Origin: an uncultured delta proteobacterium
Lineage (GTDB): Bacteria; Desulfobacterota; Binatia; Binatales; Binataceae
Length of the DNA stretch: 64,000 nt
NCBI GenBank assembly: GCA_963711565.1
Contig: CAVQEQ010000003.1
Location: forward strand, 544,001-608,000
Direction: 5' to 3'
The notes below the pieces were generated by a model. That model saw nothing but the letters and a program-made list of their open reading frames with translations, had not been told where the DNA came from and made no database searches. The translations under genes and the position numbers were made by a program. Of the stretch, positions 21,306 to 30,662 are shown in pieces. How positions within the stretch are numbered: position 1 is the first letter of the stretch; the number at the start of each line of letters is the position of its first letter.

Positions 21306-22193
21306 ATGCCATCGCAAATTAAGAGTCGAGTCGTACGCGCGTCGAATATGAATTTCACGGTGCTCGAGATGGGCGACTCAGGAAATCCGCTCGTCCTGTG
21401 CCTGCACGGCTTTCCCGACACCGCGCATTCGTTTCGCCATCAGATGCCCGCGCTAGCGGCGGCGGGATACCACTGCGTCGCGCCGTTCATGCGCGGCTAC
21501 GCACCGACCGAGCCCGCGCCCGACGGCCGCTACGATTCGGCGGCGTTGTCGGAGGACGCGCTCGCGCTGATCGCCGCGCTCGGGTACAAGGACGCGATCG
21601 TGTTCGGTCACGACTGGGGCGCAGTCGCGGCATACGGCGCCGCGGCCGCCGCGCCCGATCGCGTCAGCAAGCTGATCACGGCGGCAGTCGGGTACGGCTC
21701 CGGATTTTTCGAGGCGCTGGTCACCAACTACGCGCAGCAGCGCCGCTCCTGGTACATGTTTTTCTTCCAGACCAAGATTGCCGAGGCCGCGGTCAGCCTC
21801 AACGACTTCGCCTTCCTCGAAAAGATGTGGGCCGACTGGTCGCCGGGATGGAAATGGGCGCCCGAGGACATGGAAGCGCTCAAGCAATCCTTCCGCGCCA
21901 AGGGCACGCTCGAAGCGGCGCTCGGCTACTATCGCGCGACGCTCGGCCCGGTGCTGAGCATGCCGGTCGATCTGAAAATGCTGGCGCCCGCGATGAACGT
22001 ACCGATCAATGTGCCCGCCCTGATGTTCCACGGCCGCGACGACGGCTGCATCGGCGCCGAAACGCTCGCGGGGATGGAGAAGCTGTTCACGAAGGGCTTG
22101 AAGATCGAGCTGGTACCCGACGCGGGCCATTTCGTGCACCAAGAGCGCCCCGATCACGTGAACGAGCTGATGCTGAAGTTCCTGAAGTTGTGA
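21306..22193 (+). CDS. Alpha/beta hydrolase (epoxide hydrolase-like)
   Basis: LHGFP, GHDWG (Asp nucleophile), RSWYMFFFQ, AGHFVHQE. Confidence 0.9.
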   Translation: MPSQIKSRVVRASNMNFTVLEMGDSGNPLVLCLHGFPDTAHSFRHQMPALAAAGYHCVAPFMRGYAPTEPAPDGRYDSAALSEDALALIAALGYKDAIVFGHDWGAVAAYGAAAAAPDRVSKLITAAVGYGSGFFEALVTNYAQQRRSWYMFFFQTKIAEAAVSLNDFAFLEKMWADWSPGWKWAPEDMEALKQSFRAKGTLEAALGYYRATLGPVLSMPVDLKMLAPAMNVPINVPALMFHGRDDGCIGAETLAGMEKLFTKGLKIELVPDAGHFVHQERPDHVNELMLKFLKL

Positions 22194-22212
22194 AACTTTA
22201 CGGCCCGGTCTG

Positions 22213-22241
22213 TTGATATTTTATATAGCCCTATGCATAAT
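22213..22241 (+). promoter_or_regulatory. Sigma70-type promoter of the MNT-HEPN operon (probably leaderless)
   Basis: TTGATA-17 bp-CATAAT ending 8 nt before GTG 22250; no SD. Confidence 0.5.
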
Positions 22242-22249
22242 GAATACAG

Positions 22250-22804
22250 GTGGACAACGCCAACCAGCGATTAACCCCGGAAATGTGCCGAGCCGGCCGC
22301 GCTCTCCTGCGCATCAGCCAGGCCAAGTTGGCGCAGAGGGCGGGAGTATCCAGGCTGACGGTCGCTCATTTTGAAGGCGAGGCAAGCAGACCAATTCAGG
22401 TGAGTCTTGCCGCAATCCGATCTGCCCTTGAGTCCTCCGGCGTTGCCCTGCTTCCGGGTGGTGCAGTGTTGCTCGAGCCGGCCACCTCAGCGGTCCCGGT
22501 TCGCTCTCAGAAAGTTTCCGAAGTACTAGAAATCTTCCTGGCTGCCGCGCCGCGCCTTCGAGAACTCGGCGTCAGGCACCTCTCCCTTTTCGGCTCGGTA
22601 GCGCGCGGTACGCAGCGGTCTGACAGCGATGTCGATCTGATCCTCGATCTCGACGAGCAGCGAAGAATTGATCTGCTTGACTACGCGGGAATTATCGCTG
22701 AGATCCAGAAACTCGTTCCGCAACGAGTAGACGTCGCCCTCCGCAAGTCGCTCAAATCTCACGTTGCGCGAGATGCTCTCCGAGAAGAAATCCGTGTCTT
22801 CTAG
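22250..22804 (+). CDS. XRE-HTH fused minimal nucleotidyltransferase (MntA-like antitoxin)
   Basis: SQAKLAQRAGVSRLTVAHFE HTH; FGSVARG-x4-DSDVDL MNT motif. Confidence 0.9.
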   Translation: MDNANQRLTPEMCRAGRALLRISQAKLAQRAGVSRLTVAHFEGEASRPIQVSLAAIRSALESSGVALLPGGAVLLEPATSAVPVRSQKVSEVLEIFLAAAPRLRELGVRHLSLFGSVARGTQRSDSDVDLILDLDEQRRIDLLDYAGIIAEIQKLVPQRVDVALRKSLKSHVARDALREEIRVF

Positions 22805-23141
22805 CGACCCCGAACAACGCCTGCGCGACATCCTCGACAACATTTTACGGATTCGCTCCTACACCGAAGGTATGGGAGCGCCTCAACTGGCAGCCGACCG
22901 AAAAACGCAAGATGCGGTCGAGCGGTGCCTGGAACGAATCTGCGAGGCCGCGCGAAAACTCGGCGATACGCTCGACGCCAAATATCCGGAGGCCGAATTT
23001 CCAAAGCTCCGTCAACTCGGCAGCGTGCTGAGACATGACTACGACTATATAGATGCGGATATGCTTTGGCGCTCCGTCACCGAACGCCTGGACCCACTCG
23101 AACACGCTTGTCGAACCGAGCTCGGCGAGAATCCGCAATGA
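22794..23141 (+). CDS. HEPN (DUF86/HepT-like) toxin
   Basis: LRDILDNI, DAVERCLERICEA, GSVLRHDY; overlaps the MNT stop. Confidence 0.88.
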   Translation: MSSSDPEQRLRDILDNILRIRSYTEGMGAPQLAADRKTQDAVERCLERICEAARKLGDTLDAKYPEAEFPKLRQLGSVLRHDYDYIDADMLWRSVTERLDPLEHACRTELGENPQ

Positions 23142-23168
23142 CCACTCGATCCTGAAGTTCTTGAAATT

Positions 23169-23540
23169 CTAACGAGATCGGCTTTCGCTTACGATGTAGC
23201 CGCGGAACATCGCCTGCGCGTTCATCGCGGGGCGGTATTCTGAAATCGAGCGCGAGCCGAGCTGGTCCTCATTCCACACCGCGTGTGGCGTGCCGGCCGG
23301 AATGACCATCACCCTGCCCCGCTCCAACACGAACTCCTTTCCCGCAACGCGGCACCGCACGGTACCCTCGACGACTTCCAGCCGCTCCTCCTGATGCGTG
23401 TGTATATGATCCCGCGGCGGCGTCGAGACGACACGCGCGATGTACTCGCATCGGAAGAATTCGCCGGCAGTCTCCTCCGCCGACTTGAGGACGATCACTC
23501 GATCTTGCATTGCAGGACGTTCCGAGACCTGAGTCGCCAT
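23169..23540 (-). CDS. Cupin-domain protein
   Basis: HIHTHQEE-x5-G and IPAGTPH cupin motifs; SD ggagaagga. Confidence 0.85.
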   Translation of the reverse strand: MATQVSERPAMQDRVIVLKSAEETAGEFFRCEYIARVVSTPPRDHIHTHQEERLEVVEGTVRCRVAGKEFVLERGRVMVIPAGTPHAVWNEDQLGSRSISEYRPAMNAQAMFRGYIVSESRSR

Positions 23541-23615
23541 GATCCTTCTCCTTCGCCGAATGCTGTGTGAGGAGAAAATTTACCATCGCATCGCGGATGA
23601 ACCGGAGCGTGACTG

Positions 23616-23688
23616 CTGACAGCCGTCTGTCAGGAGGATCGGGCGACGCGAGGATTACCGGCGAGATCCTGACAGCGTACTGTCAGGA
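23616..23688. promoter_or_regulatory. Two palindromic operators CTGACAG-N4-CTGTCAG (probable WYL/YafY binding sites)
   Basis: ctgacag-ccgt-ctgtcag at 23616-23633 and tcctgacag-cgta-ctgtcagga at 23667-23688, between the WYL gene and the cupin gene. Confidence 0.7.
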
Positions 23689-23695
23689 GCGTCGC

Positions 23696-24378
23696 TCAAG
23701 ACTTGCTGAGCAGATGACGGAAGAGGTCGGCCGCCGACTTGCCGGCCTCCTCAGCAAAGGGCTCGTTCAGGAACTCAACGTCGTTCATGCGGTCGACGCG
23801 GAAGAAACGGAAATCATCGCGCAGCTCACACCACGACGCGGCGGTCCAAAACGGTGGATAGAACCAGAGGCTCAAGGGACGCACCTTGCGACGAGTCTCG
23901 GCGCCCTTCTCGTCGCAATATCGGAAGCGAACTTTTGTGCATCCGCGAATCGCGGCGCGCAAACGTCCAAGATCGAATGTCACCGGCACCCGGCGGACGT
24001 TTTCGGCGCCCACAGCGATCGATCGTCCAACATCCGCTGCAGGTGCGCCGGCAGAACGTTCTCGATCTTCGACAACGCCGCGTCCGCCGCGCGCCCCAGC
24101 TCGGCATCGCTCCAGTTCTGCACCATGCGCGCGCCGAAGACGAGCGCCTCGAGCTCGCTCTCACTGAACATCAGCGGCGGCAGATCGTAACCCTTGCGCA
24201 ACGAGTAGCCGATGCCGGCCGCGCCCTCGATAGGGACTTTGCTTGCGATCAGGTCGCGAATGTCGCGGTAGATTGTTCGCTCGCTGGTGTTGAACTGTTC
24301 GGCGAGCGAATGGGCGGTAACCACGCGGCGTCTGCGCAGCCGCTGAATGATCTCGAACAGGCGATCCGCGCGACGCAT
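23696..24378 (-). pseudogene. YafY-family HTH-WYL transcriptional regulator split by a 1-bp frameshift near 24000
   Basis: MRRADRLFEIIQ...SERTIYRDI...LPPLMFS in one frame; RKVRPLSL...WCELRDDFRFFRVDRM in the other; +1 base gives about 227 aa. Confidence 0.85.
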
Positions 24379-24439
24379 GATAATTGAGCTTCTCTCACTG
24401 TCGTCGTCGAACGGCAACACCCGCGGGTTTCACATTCGA

Positions 24440-26365
24440 TCAAGTTCCGCCGCTGCTAAGTTCCGCCGGAGTGCGCAGCAACCCATACGCGGTCACCGCG
24501 AAGAAGACGGCGAGGTTGATCGATGCCGCCCCGATCAGCGCGGCGTTCAGATGGTCGGGGAAATATGACGAGGTGTCGGTGAGATGCTTGATGTAGACGA
24601 GGTTGAACAGGAACGTCGCGCTGACCACGCCGAAAATCGAGGTGAGAAATTCGCTCTCCAGCGCGATCGGAATCAGGAAGACCAGCGGGTAGTAGAGATA
24701 TCGCTCGTGCATCCGCGGCGCGAACATGAAGAAGCCGAACAGCGCGACGAAAATTGCGAGCAGCGCCGCACGAGCCGACCGCGCGCGCCAAATCATGTAC
24801 GACGCGATCAGGTAAACGGCGCACGTCAGCGAAAGTCCGAACGCGCTGTACGAAACGCCGCCGAAGACTTTGTCGGTGTCGGGCGTGCCCATCCCGCCGA
24901 TCAACCCCATGAAGTTGAACGCGCCGACCGACGCTTCGCTGAAGCGCGTCCCGAGGTCTTTGTATACGTTGATTATCCAGTCCCACGAATGCCCGAGTTG
25001 ATACGGCAGGATTCCTATCGCAACCGTGCCCGCGACCGCACTAGCGCACCACACGCATTCGACGATGCCCGCGTTGAAAAGCGTCCACAGCGCTAGCGGC
25101 GGCGTAAATGCGAGCGCTTGCGGCTTAGCCAGCATCGCGATCGCGGCCGCACTCCAGCCGAGGCGGTAGCGGCCGGTGAGGATCAGAATCGCTGCCGCGA
25201 TCATCGGCAGCGCGACGACCGAATCGCTCTGGCCCCATACCACAGTGTCGAAGATGAGCGCCGGGTTGAGCGCGAACAGCATCATTATAATGAGGGCGCG
25301 CGGGCCGCGTCCGTCGCGCCACGTCGCGAAGTAAAGCGTTAGGCCGATGAAGAGATCGGCAATCAGCGGCGGCGTCTCGACGATCACGCGAAAGCCGTTC
25401 GCGGTCGGCTCGAGCAACCTGCCTATCCATCCCGAGAGCCACAGCAGGTACAGCGACCCAGGCGGATAGGCGTCAACCGGCAGGCCGGGATCGTAAATCT
25501 TCGACGGCCCCAGCGCGGCGGCCAGGAGAGCGCGATTGGTCTTCGCCCAGATGTCCCAATAGAAGCCGGTAAAATGAAACAGTGCGGCGAACTTGATGGC
25601 CGTAATCGCCAGCATGAGGCCTGCCGCGAGCATCCACGCTCCCTGACCTGCCCAAAGAGCGGGCCGCGCTATCTCAAACAGCGCCCATCCCAGGATCGCG
25701 AGCAGGACAATCCCGCAGACGATGCCCGTCGCGCGGATCGAGATTGTAGCGTCGGGCTGATGCAGCTGATCCTTGTAGAGTGTGCGGATTGCAGCGAGAT
25801 TAAATCTGACTACGCCCATCGGCGGCGGAGTCGAAACCTCGATCACCTTGATATTGCGAAATGAGGCGCGCCCCGTATCCGGATTTCCCGCAACGCCCAA
25901 CTGGCAGAGCAATTCAGTCGTGTCGCCCCATCGATCTTCGATCAAGAAAAATGAAACGGTTTGCCAGTCCTTGGTGCCTTGCAGATGATTCGAGATGAGC
26001 TGGATGCCGTCGAAGGTGCTGATCGCGATGTTCGCGCCGCCTTCATGCGGCATCGCACCCTCGACGCGCGCTTCGGCGCTCACCTTGTAAATCCCCGGCC
26101 GCAGCATCAGTGCCTGATGCCAGCTCGAAAACGTCCGGCTGTTGTTCGCGATGCCAAGCACGCCGCCAGCGGCCGGCGTATAGGTCCATGAAAACTTTGT
26201 CAGCTTCTTGTCGGAAGACAACGCGTACCAATCGGCCGGCGCGCCGTCGAAGCCGGACGCGAGGTCCGGGTTCTTGACGAGATTGGTCTGGGCGAAGGCG
26301 CAGAGCGGCCCCCAGAGCCATGATGCGCACAGTACCAGCGCCACAACCGCGATGAATCGACGCAT
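24440..26365 (-). CDS. Polytopic membrane glycosyltransferase (GT-C/PMT-like) with periplasmic N-terminal domain
   Basis: AYPPG, NPALIFDTVVWGQSD, KPQ and RMHERY motifs; signal peptide. Confidence 0.75.
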   Translation of the reverse strand: MRRFIAVVALVLCASWLWGPLCAFAQTNLVKNPDLASGFDGAPADWYALSSDKKLTKFSWTYTPAAGGVLGIANNSRTFSSWHQALMLRPGIYKVSAEARVEGAMPHEGGANIAISTFDGIQLISNHLQGTKDWQTVSFFLIEDRWGDTTELLCQLGVAGNPDTGRASFRNIKVIEVSTPPPMGVVRFNLAAIRTLYKDQLHQPDATISIRATGIVCGIVLLAILGWALFEIARPALWAGQGAWMLAAGLMLAITAIKFAALFHFTGFYWDIWAKTNRALLAAALGPSKIYDPGLPVDAYPPGSLYLLWLSGWIGRLLEPTANGFRVIVETPPLIADLFIGLTLYFATWRDGRGPRALIIMMLFALNPALIFDTVVWGQSDSVVALPMIAAAILILTGRYRLGWSAAAIAMLAKPQALAFTPPLALWTLFNAGIVECVWCASAVAGTVAIGILPYQLGHSWDWIINVYKDLGTRFSEASVGAFNFMGLIGGMGTPDTDKVFGGVSYSAFGLSLTCAVYLIASYMIWRARSARAALLAIFVALFGFFMFAPRMHERYLYYPLVFLIPIALESEFLTSIFGVVSATFLFNLVYIKHLTDTSSYFPDHLNAALIGAASINLAVFFAVTAYGLLRTPAELSSGGT

Positions 26366-26513
26366 TAGTTAAACGGAATCCGATGCCGCGAGGGGTACCG
26401 ATTCATGGGCATCCAAGCAAGTGTGGATATGCATATGCAAGACCTGCTGCGTTTTCGGCCAGCCCCGGCTAGGATGTGCCGCAGTTGGCTCGCAACCATG
26501 GGAGGGATTTGCG

Positions 26514-26915
26514 ATGGCTGAGAAATCGCGCGGCACCGCGCTCACGATCTTCGCGCTCCTGTTCGGACTTCTCGCGATCTCCAACTTCGCCAAACCGTTT
26601 CACATCTTCGCCGGAGACGGCTTCGTCTTCATGGGCGTCAAGCAGACCGGCACCCCCAATGCGATCCTCGGACCGCTGTTCGGGGTCCTCCTGTTGATTT
26701 ACGCTTACGGCATCTGGACGATGCGCCGCTACGCGCTGCCGGTGGCGTACATCTATACAGCATGGGTGATCGTCAACATGGTTCTGTTCACTTTGAAGAA
26801 CCAGGCCGCTCAGCCGACTCCCCCGGTGTTTGCGATTATTTCTATCGTAATTGGCGTTGGCATCCCGCTCGCGACGGCGATCATTCTGTCGCGCCGCAGC
26901 GCTGAGCTCGGTTGA
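26514..26915 (+). CDS. Small 4-TM membrane protein (paralog A)
   Basis: Hydrophobic; SD gggagg; similar to the next ORF. Confidence 0.75.
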   Translation: MAEKSRGTALTIFALLFGLLAISNFAKPFHIFAGDGFVFMGVKQTGTPNAILGPLFGVLLLIYAYGIWTMRRYALPVAYIYTAWVIVNMVLFTLKNQAAQPTPPVFAIISIVIGVGIPLATAIILSRRSAELG

Positions 26916-26933
26916 TTGAGCGACGAATCCACG

Positions 26934-27344
26934 ATGAGAGCGAAACCGCGCGGCGCAACTCTGACGATTCTCGCGCTACTGCTCGCGCTGATGGTGATTT
27001 CCGATTTCCACAAGCCGTTCGCGCATCATCCCGGCGAAGGCTTCGTGTTCTTTGGCACGCGCCTTGCGGGCACCGCCAACACGATCGTCGCACCGATTTT
27101 CGGGATCATCCTCGCCGTGTACGTGTACGGAATTTTTGCGATGCGCAAGTTTGCGCTGCCGCTCGGAATTTTTTACGCGGCATACGTGATCCTCAATATG
27201 CCGCTGTTCATCCTAACGTACCACGGCACCCCGGTGATGCAGGAGCATTCGTGGGCGTACCTCGTCCCCTACCCCTTCGTCGCGATCGGCGTCTCGTCGG
27301 GCGCGGCCTGGCTGCTGTATCGACGCAAAGCCGACCTGCGCTGA
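26934..27344 (+). CDS. Small 4-TM membrane protein (paralog B)
   Basis: Shares LTI-ALL..IS-F-KPF..GFVF-G..N-I--P-FG..YGI--MR--ALP pattern with paralog A. Confidence 0.75.
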   Translation: MRAKPRGATLTILALLLALMVISDFHKPFAHHPGEGFVFFGTRLAGTANTIVAPIFGIILAVYVYGIFAMRKFALPLGIFYAAYVILNMPLFILTYHGTPVMQEHSWAYLVPYPFVAIGVSSGAAWLLYRRKADLR

Positions 27345-27355
27345 AGCCTCTTCTA

Positions 27356-27390
27356 TTGACAACCCATCGCTTGTCAAGTAATCCTTGACA
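27356..27390 (+). promoter_or_regulatory. Sigma70-type promoter overlapped by palindromic operators
   Basis: TTGACA(27356)-17-TAATCC(27379); inverted repeats ttgacaa-N8-ttgtcaa and tgtcaag-N5-cttgaca. Confidence 0.6.
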
Positions 27391-27407
27391 CGAGGTTCAA
27401 GTCGATC

Positions 27408-27755
27408 ATGGTCAATGGCAAGATGTTGTATTGCTCGTTCTGCCGAAAGAGCGACGAGCAACTCAAGAAACTCATCGCAGGGCCCGCCGTCTTTATCTGC
27501 GACGATTGCATCGAGCTCTGCAACCGCATCCTCGGTGGCAAACCGGTTCCCGCGTTTCCGGGATTTGACTCGCTCAAGACGGACGATCTCCTGAAGACCC
27601 TGGTACCAGCCGCCGAGCAGCTTCGCAAAACCGAAGATGTGCTTCGTCAGCACGTCTCCGCTCTTCGCAAGCGGGAGGTGACCTGGACGCGAATCGGCGA
27701 AGCCTTGGGTGTTAGCAGACAGGCGGCATGGGAGCGGTTCTCGCAAGAGGAATAG
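27408..27755 (+). CDS. ClpX C4-type zinc finger plus HTH protein
   Basis: CSFC...[18 protein letters not shown]; C-terminal [20 protein letters not shown]. Confidence 0.88.
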   Translation: MVNGKMLYCSFCRKSDEQLKKLIAGPAVFICDDCIELCNRILGGKPVPAFPGFDSLKTDDLLKTLVPAAEQLRKTEDVLRQHVSALRKREVTWTRIGEALGVSRQAAWERFSQEE

Positions 27756-27862
27756 CGTCGTCGTCCCCGTGACTGCCCTTCGAGCATAGAGTCTGGCGAA
27801 TCCTGGCGGTAGAATTGGCGTTGGCCGCGAACGCCTCGACCGCGGCTCCGCGAGGTGCGCAG

Positions 27863-29101
27863 ATGAAACGATCGCACACTGGATCGATCATGGGACGACG
27901 CGAGTTCCTGAAACGCGGTGTGCTGGCCGGCGTGGGCGTATCGATCCTGCCGCTGGCCGGCAGCGCGAGCGCATCGCTCGAAGCGGCGCCGCGCGTCCGC
28001 CGCTACTCGACGCTTGGCCGCACCGGTCTCAGGATTTCCGACATCTCGTTCGGCGCGAGCCGCCTGACTTCCGGGGAGGAAGACCTCGTGCGCCACGCCT
28101 ACGATTGCGGGGTCAACTACTTCGACTCGGCCGATACTTACAGCGACGGCGAATCCGAGACCACGATCGGCAACGCGCTCAAGGGCAAGCGCGACAAGGT
28201 CTTCCTGACCTCGAAGACGATGGCGGGCGCGGACGACAGCCGCGCTTCGATAATGACCGCGCTCGAAGGAAGCCTGCGCCGCCTGCAAACCGACCACGTT
28301 GACGTGTACTTCAACCATGCGGTCAACGATCCAGCGCGCCTGAAAAATCCCGAGTGGTACGAATTCGTCACGCAGGCGAAGCGCCAGGGAAAGATTCGCT
28401 TCACCGGGATGTCGGGACACGCCGGCAATCTTGCCGAATGCGTTGACTACGCGATCGACAGCGGCCACTTCGACGTAATTCTGTGCGCGCACAACTTCGG
28501 CCAGGACCCGCGCTTTTACCAGCAATTCACGCGCAACTTCGATATGGTCGCGCGACAGCCCGAGTTGCCGCGCCTGATGGGGAAGGCAAATCAGCACGGC
28601 GTCGGCGTGGTCGTGATGAAAACCTTGATGGGCGCGCGCTTGAACGACATGCGTCCGTACGAATCGGGCGGTGCGACTTTTTCGCAGGCGGCGTTTCGAT
28701 GGGTGCTGTCGAATCCGAACGTTAACGGGCTGATCGTCTCGATGACGAGCAGGCAAATGATCGACGAATACCTGGGCGCGTCGGGAGCGCGCGCGACCGC
28801 CGCCGCGGATCTTCCGCTGTTGAATCGTTACGCGAGTCTCAACGGCGATTCGCAATGCCGTCCGGCGTGCAACGAGTGCGCGACCGCATGCCCCTACGGC
28901 GTGCCGATCGCCGATGTGATGCGCACGCGGATGTACGCTCGCGACTACGGCGACCTGCGCTTTGCGCGCAGCGAATACGCGATGCTCTCATCGAATGCCG
29001 CGGCCTGTCTCACTTGCGATACGAAGCCCTGCGCCGGCGCGTGTCCGCACGGCATCGCGACCGAGGTGCTGCTCGCGCCGACCCATCGGATGCTCGCGTA
29101 G
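27863..29101 (+). CDS. Aldo/keto reductase with Tat-like signal and C-terminal Fe-S cysteine motifs
   Basis: RREFLK; LGRTGL, YFDSADTY, SLRRLQTD; C-x3-C-x2-C-x3-CP and C-x2-C-x4-C-x3-CP. Confidence 0.88.
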   Translation: MKRSHTGSIMGRREFLKRGVLAGVGVSILPLAGSASASLEAAPRVRRYSTLGRTGLRISDISFGASRLTSGEEDLVRHAYDCGVNYFDSADTYSDGESETTIGNALKGKRDKVFLTSKTMAGADDSRASIMTALEGSLRRLQTDHVDVYFNHAVNDPARLKNPEWYEFVTQAKRQGKIRFTGMSGHAGNLAECVDYAIDSGHFDVILCAHNFGQDPRFYQQFTRNFDMVARQPELPRLMGKANQHGVGVVVMKTLMGARLNDMRPYESGGATFSQAAFRWVLSNPNVNGLIVSMTSRQMIDEYLGASGARATAAADLPLLNRYASLNGDSQCRPACNECATACPYGVPIADVMRTRMYARDYGDLRFARSEYAMLSSNAAACLTCDTKPCAGACPHGIATEVLLAPTHRMLA

Positions 29102-29105
29102 CCAA

Positions 29106-30656
29106 TTGTCGCCGGGACGAAACCTATCGAGGACGATTTATAGTTTCCTGCTCATTGCGATTTTCATCATCGCGACGGGCGGGCAGCGGAGTTTTGCCGA
29201 AATGGATGCACCTGAAATCGCACGCCCGGGACTTGAATGGTTCAACGTCGCCGCTCCGCTGCCAATCGCGAGCCTGCAGGGCCGCATTGTAATTCTCGAT
29301 TTCTGGACCGAAGGATGCATCAACTGCATCCAGATTATCCCGACGCTGCGCCGCGTCGAAGATAAGTATCCCGACAAGGTGGTGGTGATCGGAGTTCACT
29401 CGCCAAAGTTCGCCAACGAGAAAAACGCGCACAGCGTCAAGGACGCGATCCGCCGCTACGAGCTTCGGCATCCGATCATTCACGATCCCGATATGACTAT
29501 CTGGCGCGCGTACGGGGTGCAGGCGTGGCCGACGCTCGTCGTGATCGGCGCCGACGGCAAAATCGCCGGCTCGATTCCCGGTGAGCCCGATCCGGATCGA
29601 TTCGTCGCCGCCATCGACAAACTTGTCGCGGACTCGTCGAAAGACGGCACTCTGAGGCCGGCGGCGCTCGATCTCGCGCTTATCCCGGAACCCAAGGGAC
29701 GTTTCCTGTTCCCGGGCAAGCTGAAACCTGTGCCGGGTCACGACAAGCGATGGGCACTCGCCGACGGCGGACATAATCAGATCGTTCTGCTCGACGACAA
29801 CGGCAAGGAACTCGAGCGCTATGGCAGCGGCGAGGCCGGGCTGCTCGATGGCGCAAAGCGCGCCGCGCACTTCGATCATCCGCAGGGCTTGATCGCCTCG
29901 AGCGACGCAATCTTCGTGGCTGACACCGAGAATCACGCGATTCGGCGTATCGACCTGGTAACCGGCGCGGTGACGACTCTCGCCGGAACGGGCAAGCGCG
30001 GGACGCAGCTCGGCGCTGCCGAACCCGGCCGCACGCGCGCGCTGGCCTCTCCGTGGGACCTCGAGAAAAAAGGCGACGAGCTGTTCTTCGCGAACGCCGG
30101 CACTCATCAGATAGGCGTGCTCGATCTCAAGAGCGGAACCGTCGCGACGCTCGCGGGCACTGGCGAGGAAGGCTTGCGTGACGGGCGCGCCGCGTCGGCT
30201 TCGATGGCGCAACCGAGCGGGCTGGCGTTGAGCGCCGACGGTAAGACGCTCTACGTCGCGGACAGCGAAAGCTCGGCGGTGCGCGCGATCGCGCTGTCGA
30301 AGGATCCTCAGATCGTCACGCTGGTGGGAGCCGGACTCTTCGATTTCGGATGGGTCAACGGTGATTTCCAAAAGGCGCGCTTGCAGCATCCGCTGGGAGT
30401 CGCCGTCGATGGCGACGATCTACTGGTTGCCGATACCTACAACAGTGCGATTCGCGAGCTGGAACTGGCAAAGCACGAGGTCGTAGACTTCGACGGTGGA
30501 AAATTTACCTGCGTCGATCCGGTTTGCATTCCCACGCGCGAGCCGGCGGGAATCGTGGCTGACACTCCAGATCGAATTCTGTTGGTCGATACAGGTAATC
30601 ATCGAATCGATGAGTATCGGCCCTCGCTCAAGACTTACCACACCTGGTCGCGCTGA
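29106..30656 (+). CDS. Thioredoxin-like plus NHL-repeat protein (NHLRC2/SOQ1-like), exported
   Basis: DFWTEGCINC, GVHSPKF, NHL repeats FVADTENHAIR, YVADSESSAVR, QHPLG; start uncertain. Confidence 0.85.
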   Translation: MSPGRNLSRTIYSFLLIAIFIIATGGQRSFAEMDAPEIARPGLEWFNVAAPLPIASLQGRIVILDFWTEGCINCIQIIPTLRRVEDKYPDKVVVIGVHSPKFANEKNAHSVKDAIRRYELRHPIIHDPDMTIWRAYGVQAWPTLVVIGADGKIAGSIPGEPDPDRFVAAIDKLVADSSKDGTLRPAALDLALIPEPKGRFLFPGKLKPVPGHDKRWALADGGHNQIVLLDDNGKELERYGSGEAGLLDGAKRAAHFDHPQGLIASSDAIFVADTENHAIRRIDLVTGAVTTLAGTGKRGTQLGAAEPGRTRALASPWDLEKKGDELFFANAGTHQIGVLDLKSGTVATLAGTGEEGLRDGRAASASMAQPSGLALSADGKTLYVADSESSAVRAIALSKDPQIVTLVGAGLFDFGWVNGDFQKARLQHPLGVAVDGDDLLVADTYNSAIRELELAKHEVVDFDGGKFTCVDPVCIPTREPAGIVADTPDRILLVDTGNHRIDEYRPSLKTYHTWSR

Positions 30657-30662
30657 TTTTCG

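Noticed and set aside
19136-24013. Programmed ribosomal frameshifting at the two split genes
   Set aside because: No canonical X XXY YYZ slippery site at either junction; single-base loss is the simpler explanation.
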